Shown one piece after another: positions 1 to 8,243 of a stretch of 32,000 bases of DNA. The notes below the pieces were generated by a model that saw nothing but the letters and a program-made list of their open reading frames with translations, was not told where the DNA came from and did not search any database. Positions within the stretch are counted from its first letter, which is position 1. Each line of letters begins with the position of its first letter. Both the position numbers and the translations under genes were made by a program. The stretch is from an uncultured Solirubrobacterales bacterium (GTDB lineage: Bacteria > Actinomycetota > Thermoleophilia > Solirubrobacterales > Solirubrobacteraceae). Where the stretch lies: contig CAVUPS010000001.1 in NCBI GenBank assembly GCA_963743475.1, positions 857,362 to 889,361 on the forward strand, written 5' to 3'.

Positions 1-1
1 C

Positions 2-823
2 GTCGACCACGCGGGGACAACTTTCGTATCTCGGTTGGCCGAGGAGACCGGCGCCGACACCGCCCACATCGCGCGCGCGTATGCCGTCGCCGCCGCGGTC
101 TTCGAGATGCGCGGATTCTGGCTGGAGGTCGAGGCGCTCGAAGACTTCGTCGATGAGGAGACGGAATTCAAGATGTTGCTGCAGGGACGCAGACTCCTCA
201 CCCGAGCGGCACGCTGGCTGGTCCGCAAGCGGCGCCCTCCGCTCGACATCGCCGCCGCGGTCGCGGACTATGCTTCGGGGGCCGCCACGCTCTGGCACGC
301 GCTGCCGGAACTGCTGAGCGGTCTTGACGGCCACGCATGGTATGCGCGGGTGGCGGAATTCGCCGATGCTGGGGTACCGAGCGCGCTCGCATCGCGCGTC
401 GCCGCCCTCGATGCCCTGTTCTTCGCCTTCGACGTCGTCGAAATCGTCGGTGGACGCGAACAGCCCGTCCGCCGCGCGGCCGGCATTCACCTCGGGCTTG
501 ACCGCCGCCTGGAGTTGGCATGGCTCCGCGATCGCATCCTCGAGTTACCTCGCGCCGACCTCTGGCAAACGCTCGCCCGTGCCGCCCTGCGCGACGAGTT
601 GTACAAGACCCACCGGGCGCTCACCGCGGCGGTCCTCGACGCGTCATCGCCCTCTACCGACGGGAGCGCGGCGATTGAGGCATGGGTCGAAGCCAGCGCC
701 ACAAGAGTCGAGCGATATCTCGGGATGCTCACACACATCCGCGCAAGGCATCGAAACGACCTGACGACCCTCTCGGTCGCAGTCCGCGAGCTCGCCAACC
801 TGATTCCCTCCAGCGACAATTAG
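2..823 (+). CDS. NAD-specific glutamate dehydrogenase (large ~1600-aa bacterial type), C-terminal fragment; 5' end lies outside the window
   Basis: The reading frame of ORF 35..823 is open back to the window edge. The helical C-terminal sequence (RRLLTRAARWLVRKRRPPLDIAAAV, DLWQTLARAALRDELY) resembles the C-terminal region of the Bac_GDH family as I remember it. The third codon position is G/C rich. Confidence 0.75.
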   Translation, partial: VDHAGTTFVSRLAEETGADTAHIARAYAVAAAVFEMRGFWLEVEALEDFVDEETEFKMLLQGRRLLTRAARWLVRKRRPPLDIAAAVADYASGAATLWHALPELLSGLDGHAWYARVAEFADAGVPSALASRVAALDALFFAFDVVEIVGGREQPVRRAAGIHLGLDRRLELAWLRDRILELPRADLWQTLARAALRDELYKTHRALTAAVLDASSPSTDGSAAIEAWVEASATRVERYLGMLTHIRARHRNDLTTLSVAVRELANLIPSSDN

Positions 824-1860
824 GAACGGCGCACGCAGCGCGCCTCGGCCAATCATGAGACCAGCGGTGCGCGCTCAGAGCCGGCAAACAGGCTCCACGC
901 CGCGGAACTCCGCAAACTGATTCGGCCCTGAGACTCGGTTCGGACACCTGACCCGATCGCACGTGTCCGTAATCGATCGCTCTATGAGACGCCGCCTTTG
1001 ACAGAAAGGGGCTGGGGCGTCCTTACTGCCTGCTACCAGAATGAGGGGCCACACGTCGGCGCTACGTCTGCGCAGGCGTGTCGAGATCAGGGCACAGACG
1101 CAAGTCTCTGTCCGCATGAGTGTCGGCTGCGAACGCTCGCGCCATCAGCCGGGCGTCGCGGCGTTGGACTTCTGGGTCGCGAAGCGACCAGGCAAGAAGC
1201 CACAGGGCCGCCTTGTGAAGCTGCGACAACCGAGCGGCGTCGATCGCATCCTCCACGCGCGCGAACGCCTCGCCCCGGTGGAGCATGCCCTCGACTTGCT
1301 GGTGGCTCGGTCGAAGGAGAGTGGCGCGGTGCTGATCACGACCGCGCTCCTTTCTGGTCCAGCGGCTGTTCCGATCTGAGTGCAGCACAGCCGACAGTCC
1401 CGATAGCGAACAACCCGGTTAGCACAGATCGACCCGCCCGGCGAGCCGCCATCTCGCTGTTTGCAAAGGAATCGGCGACCGGGGCAGGCGTCCGCCGATT
1501 ATTGGCGAGCCGGTGTCGGTTTGGGGGCGCAGGTGCCATGGCGGCGAACGTCAGGTATCCGGTGCCGGCGACGACAACGTGGCTCCGTCCCATGATGGCG
1601 CGCACACAATAGGGCGCACGCGGCAGTGACCGGCAAGACATGTCAACATCAGCATCATGAGCAGTTAGCGTGAGGTTTGGTTAACGAGAGAATCCCGCGT
1701 GTCCGCCAGAGGCGCTCGCACCGAATTACGGCGAGCCGGCGTTACGGACACTCCCGGTGGCTGTCGAAACGGAAAGCTGAATTTCTCGTTTGCAATAGTG
1801 CCGGTAACGCGGGACACTTCGAGCGTGGCCGAGGTGGTGGAGCAGAGTGGCCTCGTTTCG

Positions 1861-2130
1861 ATGCGCATGTACGTGGCGAGCGATAGCAGCGCCTCGGCGC
1901 AGGCGCGTCGGCAGCTTGCGGCTCTGCGTGAGCGCTTCGGCGGGGGGGATTGGGAGGTCGAGGTCGTCGATGTGTTCGAGCAGCCCGCGCTCGCGGAGGC
2001 CGATCGTGTCCTCGCGACCCCGATTCTGATCCGGCTGCTTCCATCGCGGCGTCTGAGCGTGATCGGGGACTTTGCCGACTTGCAAGCGGTCGCGAACGCG
2101 CTCGATCTTCAACCGGAGGTGGCACGATGA
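1861..2130 (+). CDS. kaiB: KaiB-like circadian clock protein (thioredoxin-like fold), 89 aa
   Basis: The ATG at 1861 lies inside ORF 1699..2130. MRMYVASDSS...VDVFEQPALAEADRVLATPILIRLLPSRRLSVIGDF aligns by eye with S. elongatus KaiB (LKLYVAGNT...[36 protein letters not shown]). The stop TGA 2128-2130 overlaps the kaiC ATG 2127-2129 (ATGA). Confidence 0.85.
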   Translation: MRMYVASDSSASAQARRQLAALRERFGGGDWEVEVVDVFEQPALAEADRVLATPILIRLLPSRRLSVIGDFADLQAVANALDLQPEVAR

Positions 2131-3617
2131 CCCCTTCACCGGTGCAGCGGATCCACGTCGGTATCCCAGGGTTTGATGAGATTGTGCACGGCGGACTGCC
2201 GCGCGGTCGCAGTACCTTGATCGCGGGAGCGACGGGGACCGGCAAGACCGTGTTCGGCCTGCAGTTCCTGTGGGGCGGCGCGCAGCTGGGGGAGCCCGGG
2301 GTGATGGTGACGTTCGCCGAGCGCCCCGAGGATCTGATCGCGAACGTCGAGAGTTTCGGCTGGGATCTGGGCGGTCTTGTCAGTGACGGGCGTCTGGCGT
2401 TCGTGGACGCGACGCCGGAGATGGAGCTGCTCGTCAGCGGCCGGTTCGATCTCGGCGGGCTCACGGCGCGGATCGCTCACGCGCTCAGCGAGGTCGACGC
2501 CACGCGATTGTTTTTGGATCCGATCGACGCGCTGTTCGAGGAGTTCTCCAACGTGGTCGAGGTCCGGCGTTCGTTCGCGGCGATGTTACGCGCGCTGCGG
2601 CCGCTGGGCGCGACGGCGTTGATCGCGGCTGAGCGGCCGAACGAGAACGGCAGCGTCACGCGTTACGGCGCGGAGGAGTTCGCGGTCGACAACGTCATTG
2701 TGCTGCGCAACTCCCGCGAGGAGGAGCGTCGGCGCCGAACGGTCGAGGTCCTCAAGCTGCGAGGCGCCGATCATCACCGCGGCGAGTTCCCGTTCGTCAT
2801 CAACGCGAGCACTGGGGTCGAGATCGTGCCGTTTTCTCCGATCGAGGGTGATGACAGCGGGTCACCCGAGCGGATCTCGCTCGGAAACGCAGAACTCGAC
2901 GCGATGTGCGGCGGCGGGATGTACCGCGACGCCTTGATGATGATCACTGGCGCGACCGGTACGGGCAAGACGCTGATCGGCTTGCAGTTCATGGTCGCCG
3001 GGATCAAGGCCGGCGAGCGGGTGCTGTACCTGTCCTTCGAGGAGAGCCGCTGGCAGCTGGAGCGCAACGCCAACGCGTGGGGGATGGACCTCACGGGCTC
3101 CGGGCACGAGGGCAGCCTCGAGATCGTGTCGCGCTACCCCGCTCGCGTGGGGCTCGAGGACCTGCTCGTGGAGCTCAAGCACACGGTCGAGGAATTCGAC
3201 CCGACGCGACTGGTACTCGACAGCATCACCGCGGTCGAGCACAACGCGCCGCAGAACGCGTTTCGTGAGTTCAGTGTCGGGCTCAGCGGATTCCTCAAAG
3301 GGCGGGGTGTGGCGACGATGATGACGACGACGCTGCCGGACCTGCTCGGAGGCACGCACGCCACCGACCTGTATCTGTCGACGATCGCGGATGCGATCAT
3401 CGCGCTGCGCTACTTCGATCTCGACAGCCGCGTCAGGCGCGCGATCTTGGTGCTAAAGGTCCGCGGATCCAGGCACGCGAATGAGATGCACGAGTACGAG
3501 ATCCTCAGCACCGGCATGTCGGTGAAGGGACCGATCCAGGGGATCGGCGGAATCCTGGCCGGCCTGGCGCAGCCGTCGATCCTCTCCAACGGCGGCGCCA
3601 GCGCCTTGCAACGGTAA
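2127..3617 (+). CDS. kaiC: KaiC homologue, double RecA-like ATPase / autokinase, 496 aa
   Basis: The true start is the internal ATG at 2127 (MTPSPVQRIHVGIPGFDEIVHGGLP), with GGAGGTGG at 2115-2122 as RBS. There are two Walker A motifs, GATGTGKT (CI and CII). Other matching segments are SFGWDL / AWGMDL, RRRRTVEVLKLRG and ILVLKVRGSRH. The CII segment THATDLYLSTIADAII matches the S. elongatus phosphosite region SITDSHISTITDTII. Confidence 0.95.
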   Translation: MTPSPVQRIHVGIPGFDEIVHGGLPRGRSTLIAGATGTGKTVFGLQFLWGGAQLGEPGVMVTFAERPEDLIANVESFGWDLGGLVSDGRLAFVDATPEMELLVSGRFDLGGLTARIAHALSEVDATRLFLDPIDALFEEFSNVVEVRRSFAAMLRALRPLGATALIAAERPNENGSVTRYGAEEFAVDNVIVLRNSREEERRRRTVEVLKLRGADHHRGEFPFVINASTGVEIVPFSPIEGDDSGSPERISLGNAELDAMCGGGMYRDALMMITGATGTGKTLIGLQFMVAGIKAGERVLYLSFEESRWQLERNANAWGMDLTGSGHEGSLEIVSRYPARVGLEDLLVELKHTVEEFDPTRLVLDSITAVEHNAPQNAFREFSVGLSGFLKGRGVATMMTTTLPDLLGGTHATDLYLSTIADAIIALRYFDLDSRVRRAILVLKVRGSRHANEMHEYEILSTGMSVKGPIQGIGGILAGLAQPSILSNGGASALQR

Positions 3618-3620
3618 GGC

Positions 3621-3878
3621 GTGGGCGCAACACACGCGAGCGAGCCAGCCAGAACCGGCGACGGCTCGGCGATCCCCCGCGACAGTCTGCTCGCGGTGAT
3701 CGAGAGCAACGTCGACGGCCTGACCGCGGACTTCGCCGCGGTGCTCGCGCTCCCCCCGGAAGGCAGCAACCTCCGGCTCGTCGTCTCACAGTGGTCCACG
3801 GCCACGGGGAGCCACGTCACCGGCCCAACGCGGAGCGCTGCCCCGCTCTCGAAGGAGATCGTTCGCAGCCGCGCGTAG
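3621..3878 (+). CDS. Small ORF (85 aa) abutting kaiC; resembles the N-terminal part of a GAF-type sensor domain and may be a truncated remnant
   Basis: The GTG start is 3 nt after the kaiC TAA. Third-position G/C is very high, as expected for a coding frame here. LLAVIESNVDGLTADFAAVLALPPEGSNLRLVVSQW looks like the start of a GAF domain, but the ORF is only about half the length of one. After the TAG a second coding-like frame (VARELLLRGPLRLSVAKIDA) runs for about 20 codons. Confidence 0.4.
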   Translation: MGATHASEPARTGDGSAIPRDSLLAVIESNVDGLTADFAAVLALPPEGSNLRLVVSQWSTATGSHVTGPTRSAAPLSKEIVRSRA

Positions 3879-4321
3879 CGCGCGAACTGCTGCTTCGGGG
3901 TCCGCTGAGGCTGTCGGTCGCGAAGATCGACGCGTAGCCGTCGGGGTGGTGCGCTCCCCCCTTTGAGCCTAAGCCTGATTTCGAGACACACAATTTCGGG
4001 GAGCATGCGCGCCCCCGGCTTCTGCTATTGGGCGAGGAGGCCGTTGGCCGTCGAAGCCATTACCACCGCGCTAAGTCGTGCAAATTGTCGTCCGGCCTGG
4101 GAAGAGTCGCTTGAGCGGTCAAAGTTCGGTGGGCAGCGGCCGCGTGCGGCCCTTTTGGTTGCGGCGACGCAGACAGTTAGGACCATGTGATGGAGCTTTA
4201 TGACGCGAGTCGTTTCGGGCTTGAGGAAGTGTGCGCTGGGTAGCTCCGCGGCTGCGCGACGGACGCGGGACCGGTCGGAGGTCAGTCGGCCCGTTGGACG
4301 ATCGCCTGCGGTGCTTGGCTG

Positions 4322-6442
4322 ATGGCAAGCCAGGCGACATTCGGAGCTCTGAGCGCGGCTCCGCCGCCCGCGATCCTGATCGTCGACGACGACGCGGGCA
4401 AGCGCCTGGCGATCCGGACGATCCTCGCGCCGCTGGGCCATGTGATCGTCGAGGCCGACTCCGGACGCGCCGCGCTGCGCGCGGTCCTGCGCGAGAGGTT
4501 TGCCTTGATCTTGATGGATGTCCGGATGCCGATCCTGGATGGGTATGAGACGGCGAGGCTGATCCGGGGGCGCAGCCAGACGCGGCTGACGCCGATCATT
4601 TTCGTTACGGGCTCGGTCGAGGAGCACCGGGGGGCGACGGAGACCGCTTATGCCAGCGGCGCGGTGGACTTCATCTTCACGCCGGTGGACCCGGATGTGC
4701 TGCGGATCAAGGTCTCGACCTATGTCGCTCTGTTCGTGCAGTCCCAGGAGCTGCAGATCCTCAACGCGGCGTTGCGCGACAGCGAGGTGCGCGCGCACGC
4801 GGTGCTTGAGAACGTGGTCGACGGGATCGTGACGGTCGACGAGAGGGGTCTGATCGAATCGTTTACCCGATCGGCGCGACGGCTGTTTGGCTACAGCGAG
4901 GAGGAGGTGATCGGGCAGCCGCTGGGGCTGATCATCGCGCCGGGCGAACACGACGCCCTGTCTGATCCCGTGCTGACGGGGAAGCGGCCGATCGAGGCGT
5001 TGGGTTGCCGCAAGGACGGCTCGTGGTTCCCGATCGAGGTGCAAACGAGCCAGATGCAGATCGGCGGGCGGACGGTGGAAATCGACAGCATCCGTGACAT
5101 CTCCGAGCGCAAGGCCTACACCGAGGCGCTTGGTCACCAGGCGCTCCACGACGCTCTGACCGGGCTGCCGAACCGGATCCTGTTCGCTGATCGCATGGAC
5201 CAGGCGATCGTGTCTGCCGAGCGTGCGGGCGAGCCGCGCGGTGTGCTGGTGATGGATCTGAACGGCTTCAAGCATGTCAATGACACGCTCGGACGCGATC
5301 GCGGTGACACGCTGCTCAGGGAGATCGGCAAGCGTCTGACGGACGGGTTGCGTGAGACCGACACAGTGGCGCGACTCGGTGGAGACGAGTTCGCGATCCT
5401 GCTCGACGGCGCCAGCGACCTGCCGGCCGCGGCGACGGCGGCCTGGAAGATCCAACAGGTGTGCGAGGCGCCATTCGTGATCGATGACGAGGTCGTGCGC
5501 GTGTCGACGAGCATCGGCATCGCCCTGTTTCCCGAGCACGGCAGAACCACGGCCGATCTGCTGCACCGCGCCGACCTGGCGATGTATGACGCCAAGCGAT
5601 CCGGCACCAGCTACGCCGTCTTTGACGCGGCGCACGCAAAGCAGATGGCACATTCGCTCGCGCTGCTGGCCGATCTGCGCGAGTGCGTCGCCCGCGAGGA
5701 ACTCGTCGTCTACTACCAGCCCCTGATCGACCTCGCGACCCGCAGGACCACCGGCGTCGAGGCGCTCGTCCGCTGGCGCCACCCCAAGCACGGACTCCTG
5801 CAACCCGGAAGCTTTTTGCCCCAGGCCGAGCGCACCCCACTGATCGCACCGCTGACGAGGTGGGTGCTCAACGACGCGCTGCGCCAACAGCAGCGCTGGC
5901 GCGGCGACGGTATCGACGTCACGATGGCCGTCAATATCTCCGCTCGCACGTTGAAACCCAACGGTGACTTGCCCGACACCGTCGCCGAGCTGTCCGACTT
6001 CTGGGGCATCGCACCCGACCGGCTGACCCTCGAGCTCACCGAGAGGACGCTGATCGAACCCGCCGCCCCCAACGTCCTGGCCCGTCTGCACAAGATGGGA
6101 GGCAAGGTGTCAATCGACGACTTCGGCACCGGATACTCCTCACTGGCCTACCTGAAGAACCTGCCGGTCGACCAGCTCAAGATCGATCAATCCTTCGTCC
6201 GAAACCTCGCTAGGGTCCCCGGCGACGCGGTCATCGTGCGCTCGACGATCGACCTCGCGCACAACCTCGGCATGACGGTCGTCGCCGAGGGCGTCGAGGA
6301 CGAGACCACGCTCGACTTCCTCGCCCAGTACGGATGCGACAGCGCCCAAGGCCACCTCTTCAGCCGCGCACTCACCGCCCAGGAGCTCACCCCCTGGCTC
6401 ACCGAGTCAGCCTACGCAGCACACCCCCCACCTCGCAACTAG
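4322..6442 (+). CDS. Response-regulator receiver - PAS - GGDEF - EAL protein (c-di-GMP synthesis/hydrolysis)
   Basis: REC: ILIVDDDAG...ALILMDVRMPILDGYE...IIFVTG. PAS: LENVVDGIVTVDERGLIESFTRSARRLFGYSEEEVIGQPL. GGDEF domain with an intact I-site and active site: RETD-TVARL-GGDEF. EAL domain: YYQPLIDL, GVEALVRW, SIDDFGTGYSSLAYL, VVAEGVE, AQGHLFS. Confidence 0.95.
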   Translation: MASQATFGALSAAPPPAILIVDDDAGKRLAIRTILAPLGHVIVEADSGRAALRAVLRERFALILMDVRMPILDGYETARLIRGRSQTRLTPIIFVTGSVEEHRGATETAYASGAVDFIFTPVDPDVLRIKVSTYVALFVQSQELQILNAALRDSEVRAHAVLENVVDGIVTVDERGLIESFTRSARRLFGYSEEEVIGQPLGLIIAPGEHDALSDPVLTGKRPIEALGCRKDGSWFPIEVQTSQMQIGGRTVEIDSIRDISERKAYTEALGHQALHDALTGLPNRILFADRMDQAIVSAERAGEPRGVLVMDLNGFKHVNDTLGRDRGDTLLREIGKRLTDGLRETDTVARLGGDEFAILLDGASDLPAAATAAWKIQQVCEAPFVIDDEVVRVSTSIGIALFPEHGRTTADLLHRADLAMYDAKRSGTSYAVFDAAHAKQMAHSLALLADLRECVAREELVVYYQPLIDLATRRTTGVEALVRWRHPKHGLLQPGSFLPQAERTPLIAPLTRWVLNDALRQQQRWRGDGIDVTMAVNISARTLKPNGDLPDTVAELSDFWGIAPDRLTLELTERTLIEPAAPNVLARLHKMGGKVSIDDFGTGYSSLAYLKNLPVDQLKIDQSFVRNLARVPGDAVIVRSTIDLAHNLGMTVVAEGVEDETTLDFLAQYGCDSAQGHLFSRALTAQELTPWLTESAYAAHPPPRN

Positions 6443-6601
6443 GTTGGTGGAAGCGGATTCTGCTCGTTGCGAGGCCGCCAGGAGCGGATTAGTAGGGGGG
6501 TTCAAGGGTCTAGGGTTTCTGTACCAACAATCCCCTGACCCCGGCGTCCCGATCGAACAGAACGACCCGCTCGCTGTACACGCGGCCGAGGCCGCCGCCG
6601 G

Positions 6602-7900
6602 TCATACGGTCGCGAGCGTCCGAGTCACAGCGAGCGCCTGATCGAGGTCCGCGACGATGTCGTCGATGTGCTCGATGCCGACCGACAACCGCACCGTCTC
6701 CTCGGTGACACCAGCCGCCGCCAACTCATCCGCGTTGAGCTGCGAGTGGGTGGTCGAGGCGTTGTGGATCGCCAACGACTTCGCGTCGCCGATGTTGGCG
6801 AGATGGCTGAACAGCTCGAGGTGCTCGATGAACGCGCGCCCCGCGGCAGCACCACCGTTGACGCCGAAGGTCACCAGCGCTCCGTACCCGCCCCGCAGAA
6901 CTCGCTGCGCCACCTCGTGGTAGGGGCTCGACTCGAGCCCGGGGTAGTAGACCCACTCGACGTCCGGGTGACTCTCGAGGTGACGGGCGACGGCCAGCCC
7001 GTTCTGGTTGTGACGCTCGAGCCGCAGCGGCAGCGTCTCGACGCCCTGCAGAAACAGGAAGGCATTGAACGGCGACAGCGCCGCGCCGGTGTTGCGCAGC
7101 AGGACCGTACGCGCGCGCCCAATGAAGGCCGCCGGTCCGAGTGCGTCGGACCACACCACCCCGTGATAGGACGGATCGGGTGCGGTAAATGGGTAATAGC
7201 GATCGCCGTGGGCGGGCCAGTCGAACTTGCCGCTATCGACCAGCGCACCGCCGATCGAGGTCCCGTGCCCACCGATGAACTTGGTCAACGAGTGCACGGC
7301 GATGTCGGCCCCCTGCTCGAACACGCGCGCGCCGATCGGCGTCGGCACCGTATTGTCGAGGATCAGCGGCAGCCCCTGTGCGTGCGCCGCCGCCGCCCAT
7401 GCCTCGACATCGAGCACGTTCAGCCGCGGGTTACCGACCGTCTCCGCGAACACCAGCCGCGTACGATCGTCGGCGAGCCGCGCGACCGCCCCCGGATCGT
7501 CCGCGTCCGCCCACCTGACCTCGACCCCGTACTGCGGCAGCGTATGCGCGAACAGGTTGTACGTCCCGCCGTAAAGCTGCGACACCGAGATGATGTTCTC
7601 GCCCGCCCTGGTCACGTTCAACACCGAGTAGGTGACAGCCGCCTGACCTGAGGCGGTGACCAGCGCACCGATTCCGCCCTCCAGCCCCGCCAGACGCTCC
7701 TCGAGCACCGCCCACGTCGGATTCATGATCCGCGAGTAGATGTTCCCGGGAACCTTGAGCGCGAACAGGTCGGCCGCGTGCTGAGTGTCGTTGAACACAT
7801 ACGACGACGTCTGATAAATCGGCACGGCCCGCGCATTCGTGGCGCTGTCGGCCGTCTGCCCGCCGTGCAGGGCGATCGTCTCGGGTCTCAGCGATGACAT
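6602..7900 (-). CDS. metY: O-acetylhomoserine sulfhydrylase (PLP-dependent, Cys/Met metabolism family)
   Basis: N-terminus ETIALHGGQ...AVPIYQTSSYVF. PLP-lysine motif HSLTKFIGGHGTSIGG. A GAAGGAG RBS lies upstream of the ATG on the minus strand. Confidence 0.9.
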   Translation of the reverse strand: MSSLRPETIALHGGQTADSATNARAVPIYQTSSYVFNDTQHAADLFALKVPGNIYSRIMNPTWAVLEERLAGLEGGIGALVTASGQAAVTYSVLNVTRAGENIISVSQLYGGTYNLFAHTLPQYGVEVRWADADDPGAVARLADDRTRLVFAETVGNPRLNVLDVEAWAAAAHAQGLPLILDNTVPTPIGARVFEQGADIAVHSLTKFIGGHGTSIGGALVDSGKFDWPAHGDRYYPFTAPDPSYHGVVWSDALGPAAFIGRARTVLLRNTGAALSPFNAFLFLQGVETLPLRLERHNQNGLAVARHLESHPDVEWVYYPGLESSPYHEVAQRVLRGGYGALVTFGVNGGAAAGRAFIEHLELFSHLANIGDAKSLAIHNASTTHSQLNADELAAAGVTEETVRLSVGIEHIDDIVADLDQALAVTRTLATV

Positions 7901-8243
7901 CGTGGTGGCGGCTCCTTCTCAGCAATGAACACGCGCATTGTAGATCAAAATACAAGTTAGCTCATAGGTTTAGTGGGGATCTCGCGTCTTGCGGGCAGGA
8001 CCTCCTGTTCGAGTAGTCCGAACAGGGCGGCGGCGTCGCGCGCGTCCTGGCCGCAGGACCAGGACCGAGCCGGAGCAGCACGCCGCGCTTCTATGACCGC
8101 GATCAGGACGGGCGGCCGCTTGCCTGGCTTGAGCGCATCCGCGCCTCGATCCGCACCCTCGCGCCCGCGTTTTGCGCCAGCGAATGCTCGCAGACTACGT
8201 CGAGCAGATCTACGCGCCGACCCTGGCCGGCCGAGACAGGCTG

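Noticed and set aside
1062-1641. Possible small genes on the minus strand between gdh and kaiB. These are the 1062..1388 frame (…MLHRGEAFARVEDAIDAARLSQLHKAALWLL…) and a lipoprotein-like signal (MAARRAGRSVLTGLFAIGTVGC) in 1336..1641
   Set aside because: Third-position G/C is moderately coding-like for the distal ~70 codons. However, there is no RBS, no recognisable family, and the two pieces are in different frames. Support is too weak to annotate; it may be another decayed gene.
4131-4158. GC-rich hairpin followed by TTTT as the kaiBC terminator
   Set aside because: A realistic stem is only 4-6 bp (GGCC/GGCC with a 6-nt loop). It lies ~510 nt past the kaiC stop. This is too weak to call without transcript data.
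4025-6091. 688-aa ORF on the minus strand opposite the REC-PAS-GGDEF-EAL gene
   Set aside because: This is an antisense shadow ORF typical of high-G+C DNA. The product is R/G/P/A-rich low complexity with no motifs, whereas the plus-strand frame has four clear domains.
7901-8243. Possible SAM riboswitch or leader in the 343-bp region upstream of metY
   Set aside because: I could not find the conserved SAM-I or SAM-IV core elements by eye. A TACAAT-like box and a GAAGGAG RBS lie within ~45 nt of the ATG, which suggests a short leader. An Infernal scan would settle it.
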